Origin: Squalus acanthias
Taxonomy: Eukaryota
Assembly (NCBI GenBank): GCA_030390025.1
Contig: CM059432.1
Span: forward strand, 21,082,001-21,146,000
Reading direction: 5' to 3'
DNA: 64,000 bases
Shown here: piece by piece, positions 1 to 9,248 of the stretch
Layout: every line of letters starts with the position of its first letter
Numbering within the stretch: position 1 is the first letter of the stretch
Position numbers and translations under genes: made by a program
Notes under the pieces: generated by a model
What the model saw: the letters and a program-made list of their open reading frames with translations, nothing else
Database searches by the model: none
Told to the model about the DNA's origin: nothing

Positions 1-171
1 CATCAGCCCCTTCCCCCCTGCTCCCCTCCGGGAAAGGCGTGTTCCCAGTGTGGGCATGGGCTTCCTCGGGAGAGGGTGGCACTGATGCTCCGGCTTCCTC
101 TTCCTCCTCAGCTGCAGCATCACTCCCAGTGGCAGCTTCAGGGCCCGTCTCCTCAGCTGGTGAATCACCAT
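1..171 (-). CDS. Harbinger Myb/SANT-like gene, exon 3 (partial, acidic low-complexity): DGDSPAEETGPEAATGSDAAAEEEEEAG...
   Basis: Acceptor ccctgctttcag|AT completes the phase-1 codon G|AT, and the frame stays open to the window edge. Confidence 0.65.
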   Translation of the reverse strand, partial: MVIHQLRRRALKLPLGVMLQLRRKRKPEHQCHPLPRKPMPTLGTRLSRRGAGGKGLM

Positions 172-330
172 CTGAAAGCAGGGAGGTACAAGAGTGGCTT
201 TAGCGTGAGGACAGGGTGGCAGTAAGGGAGGAATAAGTGCAGCGAGTTAGCAAGTTGGATTGAAAGTGTCAAAGGCTGGTGTTGTGAGGGACAAGTGGAA
301 GGACAGAGGACAAAAAGGTGATGATCTTAC

Positions 331-493
331 CATTGCTGTCCAGAACGGGGTCGGCGTCTCCAGTGGCGAAGGGACCGATCTCCCGGCTTGCCACAATCCT
401 GTGGACGCGCTCCTCCAGATCGCTGAGGGGTTGCAGCTGAGGCCGCCCTCCACCTGTCCGTTGCTGCTGTCTCCTATTATGAGCCAGCTTGGC
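331..493 (-). CDS. Harbinger Myb/SANT-like gene, exon 2: AKLAHNRRQQQRTGGGRPQLQPLSDLEERVHRIV...PVLDSN
   Basis: Acceptor ttcttgcag|GCC, 163 nt, donor G|gtaaga. Contains the RTGGG...L-x-x-x-EE motif that typically follows the Myb domain of Harbinger/NAIF1-like proteins. In frame with exon 1. Confidence 0.8.
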
Positions 494-521
494 CTGCAAG
501 AAAAAGGACAGCATCTGAGTA

Positions 522-791
522 AATATACAGCCATGGTCTTGCCTGATGTGCCTCCCATAGGTGACTAGCCCTTACAATATACAGCCATGGTCTTGCCTGA
601 TGTGCCTCCCATAGGTGAATAGCCCTTACAATATACAGCCATGGTCTTGCCTGATGTGCCTCCCATAGCTGAATAGCCCTTACAATATACAGCCATGGTC
701 TTGCCTGATGTGCCTCCCATAGGTGAATAGCCCTTACAATATACAGCCATGGTCTTGCCTGATGTGCCTCCCATAGGTGAATAGCCCTTAC
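522..791. repeat. Minisatellite, 5 x 54 bp, in intron 1 of the Myb gene
   Basis: Unit AATATACAGCCATGGTCTTGCCTGATGTGCCTCCCATAGGTGAATAGCCCTTAC starts at 522, 576, 630, 684 and 738, with only single-base differences between units. Confidence 0.95.
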
Positions 792-939
792 TGTATGCAA
801 AGTGTGGAATGTGTGTGTGTGTTTGATGAAAGGGCCATAGGTGTTGGATGAGTGTTGTGCATTGGGGTTTTAAGACCCTCTGGCCATAGAGTGAGGTTGA
901 GATGGAGGGATGGAGAGGTATTGAGAAAAAGCCACTCAC

Positions 940-1176
940 CCTGACGACCCGAGTGAGGTCGTTGAACTTTTTGCGGCATTGAGTATGGGTCCTGGGCACC
1001 ATGCTCCTGGAGGAGACGCTCTGAGCCACCTCCCTCCACATTCTTCTGAACTCGCGTGGCAAAGGCCTCCTGCCACTCTCAGGGAAGAGCATACATCGTC
1101 TGCGCTCCACTGCGCCAACCAGAGCATCCAAGGCCCGCTCGGTGAAGCGATGAGCGCGTTCTCTCACCCTCTCCAT
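940..1176 (-). CDS. Harbinger Myb/SANT-like (trihelix) DNA-binding protein, exon 1: MERVRERAHRFTERALDALVGAV...WREVA...RTHTQCRKKFNDLTRVVR
   Basis: ATG at 1176. F-x4-L-x2-L-V, W-x2-VA and R-T-x2-QCRKKFNDL are the Myb_DNA-bind_5/MSANTD signature. Donor AGG|gtgagt at 939. TATA-like CTTAAAG at about 1270-1276. Confidence 0.85.
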
Positions 1177-1843
1177 GCTTGGCAGCAAAATGGATTCACA
1201 GGTCTCTCCAGGCTGAGATTCAAGGCTGCAATGAGCAGGGTGTGGCTGGGGAGCAAGTGGCCCCCCCTGCTTTAAGAAGTGGCCGGCGCCGGTGTGTCTG
1301 TGTTCCCTCGCTAACTGGCAGCAGCTGTGCTGCGCTCGCGCGCTGAGTTAGCGCCTCACTCCTTGGCCTTTGCACCTTAAGACAGGTGTGCAGCGCCTGC
1401 TTTAGCGCTCCACTCACCTCCCGGGGCGGTAAAAGTGAAGTTTCCAGTCAGTGCCGATAATTAGCGCCAGGCGCTAATTTTTGCGTCCAGACGATATTTG
1501 CGCCCCAAGTGGGGCGCGACCTAATTTCTACCCCAAAATGTTTAAGTAGCCAGTTGAAAATCATCTAGGATGCACATAAAATTCGTCCTGACTCCTCATT
1601 AAAACGATTGCAGTCATGATTCTAGTCTAAAAAGCTCAAGCTCATTGACGTTACACTGAATAGATGGACCAATATCGGGGGCAGTCTAAACGCAAGTAAT
1701 GATTGCCGCAGACTTTTTTCACTACTTAAAGGGGAGTTTCATTGATGCTGCAGCACCTCATTCTCAGCATTGTTGGGTGTGCAGCTGCCTCAACAACAAT
1801 AAGAAGAAGGACAAGGAGAAGGAGCACTTATTTACAAATCCTG

Positions 1844-2090
1844 ATGGCAGATCGCCGCCCCAGGGTGAGATTCCGGAGGTTTTCCGATGAAGATTTGGAG
1901 GCATTGGTTTTAGTGGTGGAGAGAAGGCGGGCGGTCCTGTACCCGTCAACTGGCAGGAGGCCCTCGCCACAAGTCTGCCGGACTATGTGGAGGGAGGTGG
2001 CACACCACGTCACGGGCAGCACTGTGGTCTCCAGGACCCACACACAGTGCAGGAAGAAGTTTAATGAGCTCACACAGGTGGTCGGTGAGT
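1844..2090 (+). pseudogene. Second Harbinger Myb/SANT gene, exon 1 only (MADRRPRVRFRRFSDEDLEALVLVV...RTHTQCRKKFNELTQVV)
   Basis: Clear paralogue of the 940-1176 exon. CCAAT at about 1669 and CTTAAAGG at about 1726 upstream. The donor gtgagt is out of phase relative to copy 1. The intron is homologous to the copy 1 intron but breaks off at about 2255, and no exon 2 follows. Confidence 0.75.
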
Positions 2091-2432
2091 GAAGGCTTCA
2101 ACAAATGCTACATACCACCATCTGTACCACAAGCTTCACACACTGCTCAATGCACCACATCCCGAGCACTCACCCACCAACAATCTCTACCTAGCAACAC
2201 TTACACCCACATCTCACACCTTGCACACAATGACAGCTATTCAACTATGGCACAAGGTTCATTAGTTACTAGAATTCATGTGATATGTTTATAGATAAAT
2301 TTATTAATTGTGTTTGGAATATTTTGTGATCTCTCTCATTTCACCTTTGCGCCGAGGGGGACGCTGTGATATGGAGTGAGACAGGGATTGTATGAAGGGG
2401 ATGTGGTGAGCTCCGGGGATCTGGGGTTTCAT

Positions 2433-2645
2433 TCATGTGAATCGGAGTCTGATGAGCTGGTCACGGACAACCCGTCAGGAAGGCCGATTGTCTCACTGCC
2501 TCTGCCCTCCCTCCTGTTCCTCTTCCTCCTCGTCCTCCTTCTCCTCGTCCTCCTCCTCCTCTACCTCTTCATCCTCCTCTGCCTTGTTGTCCTCATCCTC
2601 CTCTGCCTCGTTGTCCTCCTGAGGTAATCCTGCAGCCCCGCGTGA
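2433..2645 (-). pseudogene. Harbinger (HARBI1-like) transposase C-terminal remnant
   Basis: Reads ...GLPQEDNEAEEDE(poly-E)...RQ*DNRPS*RVVRDQLIRLRFT*. An acidic tract followed by R-x-x-R-D-x-L-I-x-x-x-F-stop is the typical Harbinger transposase C-terminus. Two internal stops. AATAAA on the minus strand at 2300-2305. Convergent with the + Myb exon as in autonomous Harbingers. Confidence 0.65.
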
Positions 2646-2807
2646 CTGTAAGGAAGTGTTGTGAGCAGAAGCCTTTAACAAATAATGAGTGACTTCTGCA
2701 CTTGAATCAACATTCCCTATCACCAAAAAAACTTGAAATAACTAAAGAAAGCTGTTTCAGTTGCAGGAAGTAGCAAACAGCCACTGAAACTGAAGAACCA
2801 TGTTCTT

Positions 2808-3542
2808 TTTATTTGTTCATGGGACTTGGGCGTCGCTGGCAAGGCCAGCATTTATTGCCCATCCCTAATTACCCTTGAGAATGTGGTGGTGCAGTCCGTG
2901 TGGTGAAGGTTCTCCCACAGTGCTGCTATGGAGGGAGTTCCAGGATTTTGACCCAGCGATGATGAAGGAACGGCGATATACTTCCAAGTCAGGGTGGTGT
3001 GTAACTTGGAGGGGAACTTGGAGGTGGTGATGTTCCCATGCGCCTGCTGCCCTTGTCCTTCTAGGTGGTAGAGGTTGCGGCTTTGGGAGGTGCTGCCGAA
3101 GAAGCCTTGGCGAATTGCTGCAGTGCATCTTGTAGTTGGTACACACTGCAGCCACGGTATGCCGGTGGTGCAGGGAGTGAATGTATAATATGGTGGATGG
3201 GTGCCAGTCAAGCGGACTGCTTTGTCCTGGATGGTGTCAAGCTTTTTGAGTGTTGTTGGAGCTGCACTCATCCAGGCAAGTGGTGAGTATTCCATCACAC
3301 TCCTGACTTGTGCCTTGTAGGTGGTGGCAAGGCTTTGGGGAGTCAGGAGGTGAGATACTCGCTGCAGAATACCCAGCCTCTGACCTGCTCTTGTTGCCAC
3401 AGTATTTATGTGTCCAGTCCGTGTGGTGAAGGTACTCCCACAGTGCTGTTAGGGAGGAAGTTCCAGGATTTTGACCCAGCGACGATGAAGGAACAGCGAT
3501 TTACTTCCAGTTAAGTTTCTGGTCAATGGTGACTCCCAGGAT
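2808..3542 (-). mobile_element. 5'-truncated non-LTR retrotransposon (CR1/Jockey-group family B), 3' end
   Basis: ORF 2852..3400 is homologous to the end of ORF 19830..20534. Shares the 3' end ...GGATGGGCAATAAATGCTGGCCTTGCCAGCGACGCCCA with the 18.2-20.6 kb copy. Confidence 0.85.
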
Positions 3543-4733
3543 ATCAGTTTCCACCATATCAAAAATACCCTCAGAATTTATCCTCTCTCCATCTTTTTTT
3601 CTGATTAGTTAACTCTCAGAGCGTGTTGTCAATCGAAGTTTTCATTTCTCTCACTGAATTTCCAAAACTCGGGCTCCCAGAACCCAGGATAATCAAACTT
3701 CATTGCTTGGTGCAGCAGCAGTATTTTCACATGTACCGGGAGAAATCACCCCTGTTATCGAAATCTCTGCTTCTAGTACTTACACTGTCGAATACACAAA
3801 CTCACAACATATGTGTGTCAGTGTCAACAGTGTATTATGTCAATGTGGAGTCTTGTTCAGTGCAATAAAATAGGAACAGATGCAGTATGGCAATGTCCCT
3901 GCTGGCCTGATTTACCCATGTTGCTGTATTTCTGATCTCAATCGCACTGTTGTGGGGAAAGAAAACTGGACGGAAAGTCATCCGCAAGCTGCTCCATAAG
4001 ACTTCCAGGCAGCTGGTTCAGAGTAGCACAGGTGGAGGAGATAATCTGTCTCCCATCTTGGCCACTGATGGTGGATGGCCCAGGAAGACAAGGGAGATTG
4101 AGGAGGGATTTGATACCTGCCCCAGAAAAAGTCAGATCCTTGATTTACATGGGAGCAACAAGGGTAAATTTCCAATTTGTTCTCCGGGACATATATTTTA
4201 TGTAGTAAAAAGGTTGGGAAGTATCACGGTTATCATTTTATTATTTTTTTTCAATGTATTTTCTTTCACACTGGAAGCATTAGAGTGGGTAGTCACCTCC
4301 ACTGATGAAAAATGATATCCAGCAACCCCTAAATGTGACCCAATGGATACCATCACTATGCCGTGTTGATAACATTTTTGTTACAGCCATAGAAGCAATT
4401 TTACTGACTAGCAACTAATTCTTATGACTGTTTATAGAGGAAAAATGGAAGTAGATGCTATGAGATTGATCCGAGTACAATCAAAAAATGATGATAAGGG
4501 TCACTCTCCGATGGCTGATGTGACTGGAGCACTTCAGTGTTTGATCGAGCAAATAGGAAATTAACAGCTGCACGTGGAAACCATGAAATTATTTTTTGGG
4601 GACGAACAACCTATAGAGTTCAGCACTTAACATTTCTAGTGCTGTAACAAACAGTTTCCTTTTCCGTCTAAGTAGGTTAAATTATAACTGGTTACAGATG
4701 TATATGGAAATCTGTCCTGGTCTTTTCCATTTT

Positions 4734-5190
4734 CATAACATTAGAAACAGGAGCAGGAGTAGGCAATTCAGGCCCTTCGCGCCTGCTCCGCCATTCATTA
4801 AGATCATGGCTGATCTTCTACCTCAACTCCACCTTCCCACACTTTCCCCATATCCCTTGATTCCTTTAATATCCAAAAATCTATCGATCTCAGCCTTGAA
4901 TATGCTGAACGACTGAGCCTCCACAGCTCTCTGGGGTAGAGAATTCCAAAGATTCACCACCCTCTGAGTGAAGAAATTTCTCCTCATCTCAGTCCTAAAT
5001 GGCCGACCCCTAATTCTGAGACTGTGACCCCTGGTTCTAGACTCCCCAGCCAGGGGAAACATCCTCCCTGCATCTACCCTGTCAAGCCCTGTAAGAATTT
5101 TATATGTTTCAGTGAGATCACCTCTCATTCTTCTAAACTCTAGAGAATATAGACCCGTCTTCTCAATCTCTCCTCATAGGACAATCGCCA
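4734..5190 (-). mobile_element. CR1 LINE 3' fragment
   Basis: ORF 4823..5128 (RGDL-ETYKIL...TRGHSL...FFTQRVVNLWNSLP) is the CR1 ORF2 C-terminus. Near-identical to 26395-26837. Confidence 0.9.
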
Positions 5191-5601
5191 TAGACTTTTC
5201 ACTCCACTCCACAGACTAACGCATTCTCCTGACAACAGCATTTCAGGAACAAGAGTGGGCTGACTATTGTAGGGAAAAAGGCGCAAAGTGATTTTATTCT
5301 TTACTTAATTTGAGGACATACCTTCTTATCCGCACCTGATCAAAATTTTATATTGAATTTTGTGGTCTCTTTGTCTTCATAAGAAGCTCCAGGCATAAAC
5401 CATGTCTTTATAATTAAAAAAAAGGATCATTTATTAAATAACAGAAAGATACAGTGCTAGAATCAAACAGTAGCTGCAGTCCATACACGATTAGGGGGTA
5501 AGAAAGTGCAAGATATTTAGAATTGCTTTAACAAAAAAAAAACTCTTGGCTCCAAAATTCATACCTTATTACTGTACTAAACCCTTAAAAGAAAGGTTTT
5601 T

Positions 5602-5832
5602 ACATAGGATTACATAGGATATACGGCACAGAAACAGGCCATTCGGCCCAACCAGTCCATGCCGGCGTTTATGCTCCACTCGAGCCTCCTCTCGTCTTTC
5701 CTCATCTAAATCTATCAGCGTCCCCTTAAATGCATCTATACTATTCGCTTCAACCACTCCCTGTGGTAGCGAGTTCCACATTCTCACCACTCTTTGGGTA
5801 AAGAAGTTTCTTCTGAATTCCCTATTGGATTT
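5602..5832 (-). mobile_element. CR1 LINE 3' fragment
   Basis: VVRMWNSLPQGVVEA motif, 3' UTR and tandem 3' tail (acataggatt acataggat). Confidence 0.8.
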
Positions 5833-6548
5833 TACGTATACTTAGGGTTGGCTCAGGCTCCTAGGTCTGTTGAGGCCTTGTAGATGGCTCGATGTCTGTG
5901 GATAGTGGAGGAGCACATGTTATCTTGTCAGGATCAGGACAGCCTTGGAGGAGGTAGGCTGGAAGAAGCGGCAGGGTAGAGAGTGAGCTTCTTTCACCTG
6001 GTCGTTTTTATAGTGCCCTTGATTGGGACCACACCTTTGGGGCGATTGCTTGCCACCAATACCTCCCTTGAATGCAGCTGAGGAATTGATCGACATCCCC
6101 TTTATCAGTTGTCTTTGATGTCACTCAGTTATGCAGTTCCATGATGATCAGTCCTCCTTTTGTATCAAACATGAGGTGTGACTCAGCAGTCCTTTTGACT
6201 TCAGCCAGCCCAGAGCCAGTTTTATTTTTCCTTTATAACCACAACTTTTTTTAATACACTCGTATTCTACAGTTTTCATACTGCCTTGGGACCTTGAATA
6301 GGCACATTTTAATGGGCTCTATGAGTCAGAGAGAGATTTATTGTATATGGGCAGTGTAGTTATCTAGGGTAGGCGCACACCAAAGGTTTCATTCATTTCT
6401 GACGAATTTAAATTTTTATATTAGCCACTTTTGCAGTTCTGTCAATTCTGGGTTTTGTTGATGTTTTCTGTTTCTCTTTCATTCGAAATGAGGTAGAATA
6501 GGGTGCAAAAAAAAATCCCCAACATAGAGTAACGTTGTGTTCAAAAAA

Positions 6549-7365
6549 TCATAGAATCTTACAGCACAGAAGGAGGCCATTTGGTTTTCGTGCCTTTTTC
6601 TGGCTCTTTGAAAGAGCGATCCAATTTAGTCCCACACCCCAGCTTTTTCCCCATAACCCTGCAAGTCCTCTTCAAATACATGCCCAGTTGCCTTTTGAAA
6701 GTTTCTATGGAATCTGATTCCACCACCCTTTCAGGAAGTACGTTCAGGTCTTAACAACCCTCTGTGTGAAGACATTTCTCCTCATTTCCCCTCTAGTTTT
6801 GCCAATTATTTTAGATCTGTGACCTCTGATTACTGTCCCACTTGCCAGATGGCACAGTTTCTCCATACTTGTTCTATCCTCATAATTTTGAATATCTCTA
6901 TTGGGTCTCCCCATAACCTTCTCTTCTCTAATGAGAACAAGCCAAGGTGCTCTAGTCTCGCCACATAACTGAAGTCCTTCATCCCTGATATCATCCTGGT
7001 AAACCTTCTCTGTACCCTCTCTAAGTCCTTGGCATTGTTCCTAAAGTATGGTTCCCAGAATTGTACACAGTACTCCAGCTGAGGCCTAACCAGAGATTTG
7101 TAAAAGTTTAGCATGACTTTCTTATTTATGTATTCAATGTCCGTATTTACAAAGCTAAGTATTCCATACGCTTTCTTAACTGCCTTTTTAACTTGCCCTG
7201 CCACCTTCAAAGATTTGTGAATTTGCACCCCCAGTCCCTCTGCTCTTGCATCCCCGTCAAAATAGTACCATTTAGATTTCACTGCCTCTCCATGTTGTTT
7301 CTCCCAAAGTGCATCCCTTCACACTTATCTGCATTAAATTGTATCTGCCATGTGTCTGCCCATTT
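6549..7365 (-). mobile_element. CR1 LINE 3' fragment
   Basis: ORF 6830..7282 (LVRPQLEYCVQFW...LERVQRRFTRMI) and a catagaatc 3' tail. Confidence 0.9.
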
Positions 7366-8046
7366 TATCCCTGATCAGGCAGTTTCAGGATCAGTGTTAT
7401 TTGAAAAATGGTTTGAATGTTTCCTCTATATCACAGTTGAGATGAATTAAATATTTTTACTTTAGAGGAAGCATTATTATCAAAGATTTCACAGATAATT
7501 TTAGAACTGAATTAAAAGCTGCAAATGCTGGAAATACACAGCATGCCCCCCAGCATCGTAAAAGAAGTACATTTCCAGTTTTATTTCCTATTTTATTTTG
7601 GATTTCTAACATTCACAGTTATACTTTTATCAAATATGCAGCTTAGATTTTTCTCCTGTATTTTCATATTTTAAATCAGTATTGTCAAAAAATATTGACA
7701 TCAAAATTTGACTCTTACCTTTTAAGGTACTTAACATGGTTACTTTCTTGGTGTCAGCCTTGACTCCGTGATAGCACTCTTGCCTCTGAGGCAGATCATC
7801 GGTTCATCCCCACTCCAGTACATAATTCAGGCCGACACTTCAGTGCACTACTGAGGGAGTGCTGCACTGTTGAAGGTGCTGTCTCTCAGAAGGTGCTGTC
7901 TCTCAGAAGAGACGTTAAACCAAGGTCCCGTCTGCCCTCTCGGGTAGATGTAAAAGATCCGATGGCACTATTTGAAGAAGAATATAGGAGTTTTTCCACT
8001 GGTCTGGCCAACATTGTTCCCTCAATCAACAGCACTAAAAGAAATT

Positions 8047-8506
8047 GCAGCACTTTGCAGGTTCATTTTGATTTGCCATTCCTTGTATCGATTTAGCAGA
8101 GACCGTGGGAGCTGCACTCTGAGCTCTTTGCCTGGTGCTCTCCATTGTTCTTTCCAGCACATTTGATGTGCAAGTCTCTCCAGGCCGAGATTCAAGGCAG
8201 CAATGAACAGGATGTGGATGGAAAGCAAGATTAACCATCCCCTTTAAGAACTGGCCCATGCCATTGTGTGTGTGTTCCATTGCTGACTGACATTACATGA
8301 GCTTCGCCAGCGCTCCGAGTTAGCGCCTCACTGCTCGGCCTTTGCGCCTTAAGAGAGGTGTGCAGCGCCTGCTTTAGCGCTCCACTCACCTCCCGGGGCG
8401 GTAAAAGTGAAGTTTCCCGTCAGTGCCGATAATTAGCGCCAGGCGCTAATATTTGCGTCCGGACGATATTTGCGCCCCAAATGGGGCGCGACCTAATTTC
8501 TACCCC
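8047..8506 (-). mobile_element. Harbinger terminal fragment related to the element at 1-1534
   Basis: 8318-8506 is nearly identical to 1345-1534. 8170-8300 is more diverged and matches the Myb promoter/5'UTR region, with an ATG reading MESTRQRA. Flanked by ATT (8044-46) and ATT (8507-09) inside a SINE. Confidence 0.8.
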
Positions 8507-8561
8507 ATTATCTGATCATTTATCTCATTGCTGTTCGTGTGGCAGTTGGATACTCACACAG

Positions 8562-8997
8562 ACAGACTTGCATTTATATAGTGCCATTCATGACCACCAG
8601 ACGTCCCTAGACACTTTACAGCCAATGAAGTACTTTTTTGAAGTGTAGTCACTGTTGTAATGTAGGAAATGTGGCAGCCAATTTGCGCTCAGTAAATGAT
8701 GATGACCAGATAATCTGTTTTTTTTATGAGGAATAGATATTGGCCAGGACACCGAGCATAACTCCCCTGCTCTTCTTTGAAATAGTGCCATGGGATCTTT
8801 TACGTCCACCTGAGAGAGCAGACGGGGCCTCGGTTCAACATCTCATCCGAAAGATGGCATCTCCGACAGTGCAGCACTCCCTCAGCACTGCACTGGAGTG
8901 ACAGCCTAGATTTTTGTGCTCAAGTCTCGAGTGGGACTTGAACCCACAACCTTCTGACTCTCAGGCGAGGGCGCTACCGACTGAGCCACTGGCTGAC
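8562..8997 (-). mobile_element. Full-length DeuSINE-type SINE (tRNA head)
   Basis: On the minus strand: A box TGGCTCAGTCGG, B box GGTTCAAGTCCC, Deu core GTAAAAGATCCCATGGCACTATTTC, and L2-like tail CTATATAAATGCAAGTCTGTC. Confidence 0.9.
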
Positions 8998-9248
8998 ATT
9001 ATTCCCATTTCCTTACACTACAAAAGTGCCTACACTTCAACAGTACTTCATTAGTTGTGAAACACTTTGGAACATCCTGAGGTTGTGAAATATGCCATAT
9101 AAATGCAAGTTCTTTCATTCCTTCTTATACCAGAAAGACACAGAAAATATTTTTTGGAATTAAAAGTCATAGAGTCAGAGAGTTATACAGCACAGAAAGA
9201 GGCCCTTTGGCCCATCGTGTCCGCACCGGCCATCAAGCCCTGTCTATT

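Larger units (their letters stand above)
1..1534 (-). mobile_element. PIF/Harbinger DNA transposon (one terminus at 1534, continues off the left edge of the window)
   Basis: Carries a spliced Myb/SANT gene. Ends in ...GGGGCGCGACCTAATTTCTACCCC, and the same terminus recurs at 8506 directly abutting unrelated SINE sequence. Subterminal palindromes AATTAGCGCC-A-GGCGCTAATT (1459-1479) and GCGCCCC-AAGT-GGGGCGC (1500-1517). Confidence 0.8.
7751..9117 (+). mobile_element. tRNA-derived DeuSINE-type SINE, split by two nested insertions
   Basis: Head and Deu-like core (GACGTTAAACC...AAAGATCC-ATGGCACTA) at 7751-8046, resumes at 8507-8545, 3' tail ...GCCATATAAATGCAAGTTCTTTC at 9005-9117. Confidence 0.75.

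Noticed and set aside
477..800. ORFs with 18-aa repeats (IVRAIHLWEAHQARPWLY / YCKGYSPMGGTSGKTMAV) suggesting a repeat protein or CRISPR-like array
   Set aside because: They are translations of a 54-bp intronic minisatellite. The units are contiguous with no unique spacers, and the real gene splices around them.
2437..2627. Poly-Ser and poly-Leu (membrane-like) ORFs on +
   Set aside because: They are antisense readings of the poly-Glu tract of the transposase remnant.
7512..7630. Possible third Penelope-type fold-back remnant (AATGCTGGAAATACACAGCA...)
   Set aside because: Too degraded. No hammerhead core or TSD could be read.
1345..8506. The two near-identical 190-bp blocks (1345-1534, 8318-8506) as LTRs or TIRs of one 7-kb element
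   Set aside because: They are in direct orientation, lack TG..CA ends or a PBS, and the second sits inside a split SINE, so they are independent insertions.
8915..8997. tRNA gene (A and B boxes)
   Set aside because: It is the head of a SINE, continuous with the Deu core and tail. No cloverleaf is supported. The same applies at 48830 and 59106.
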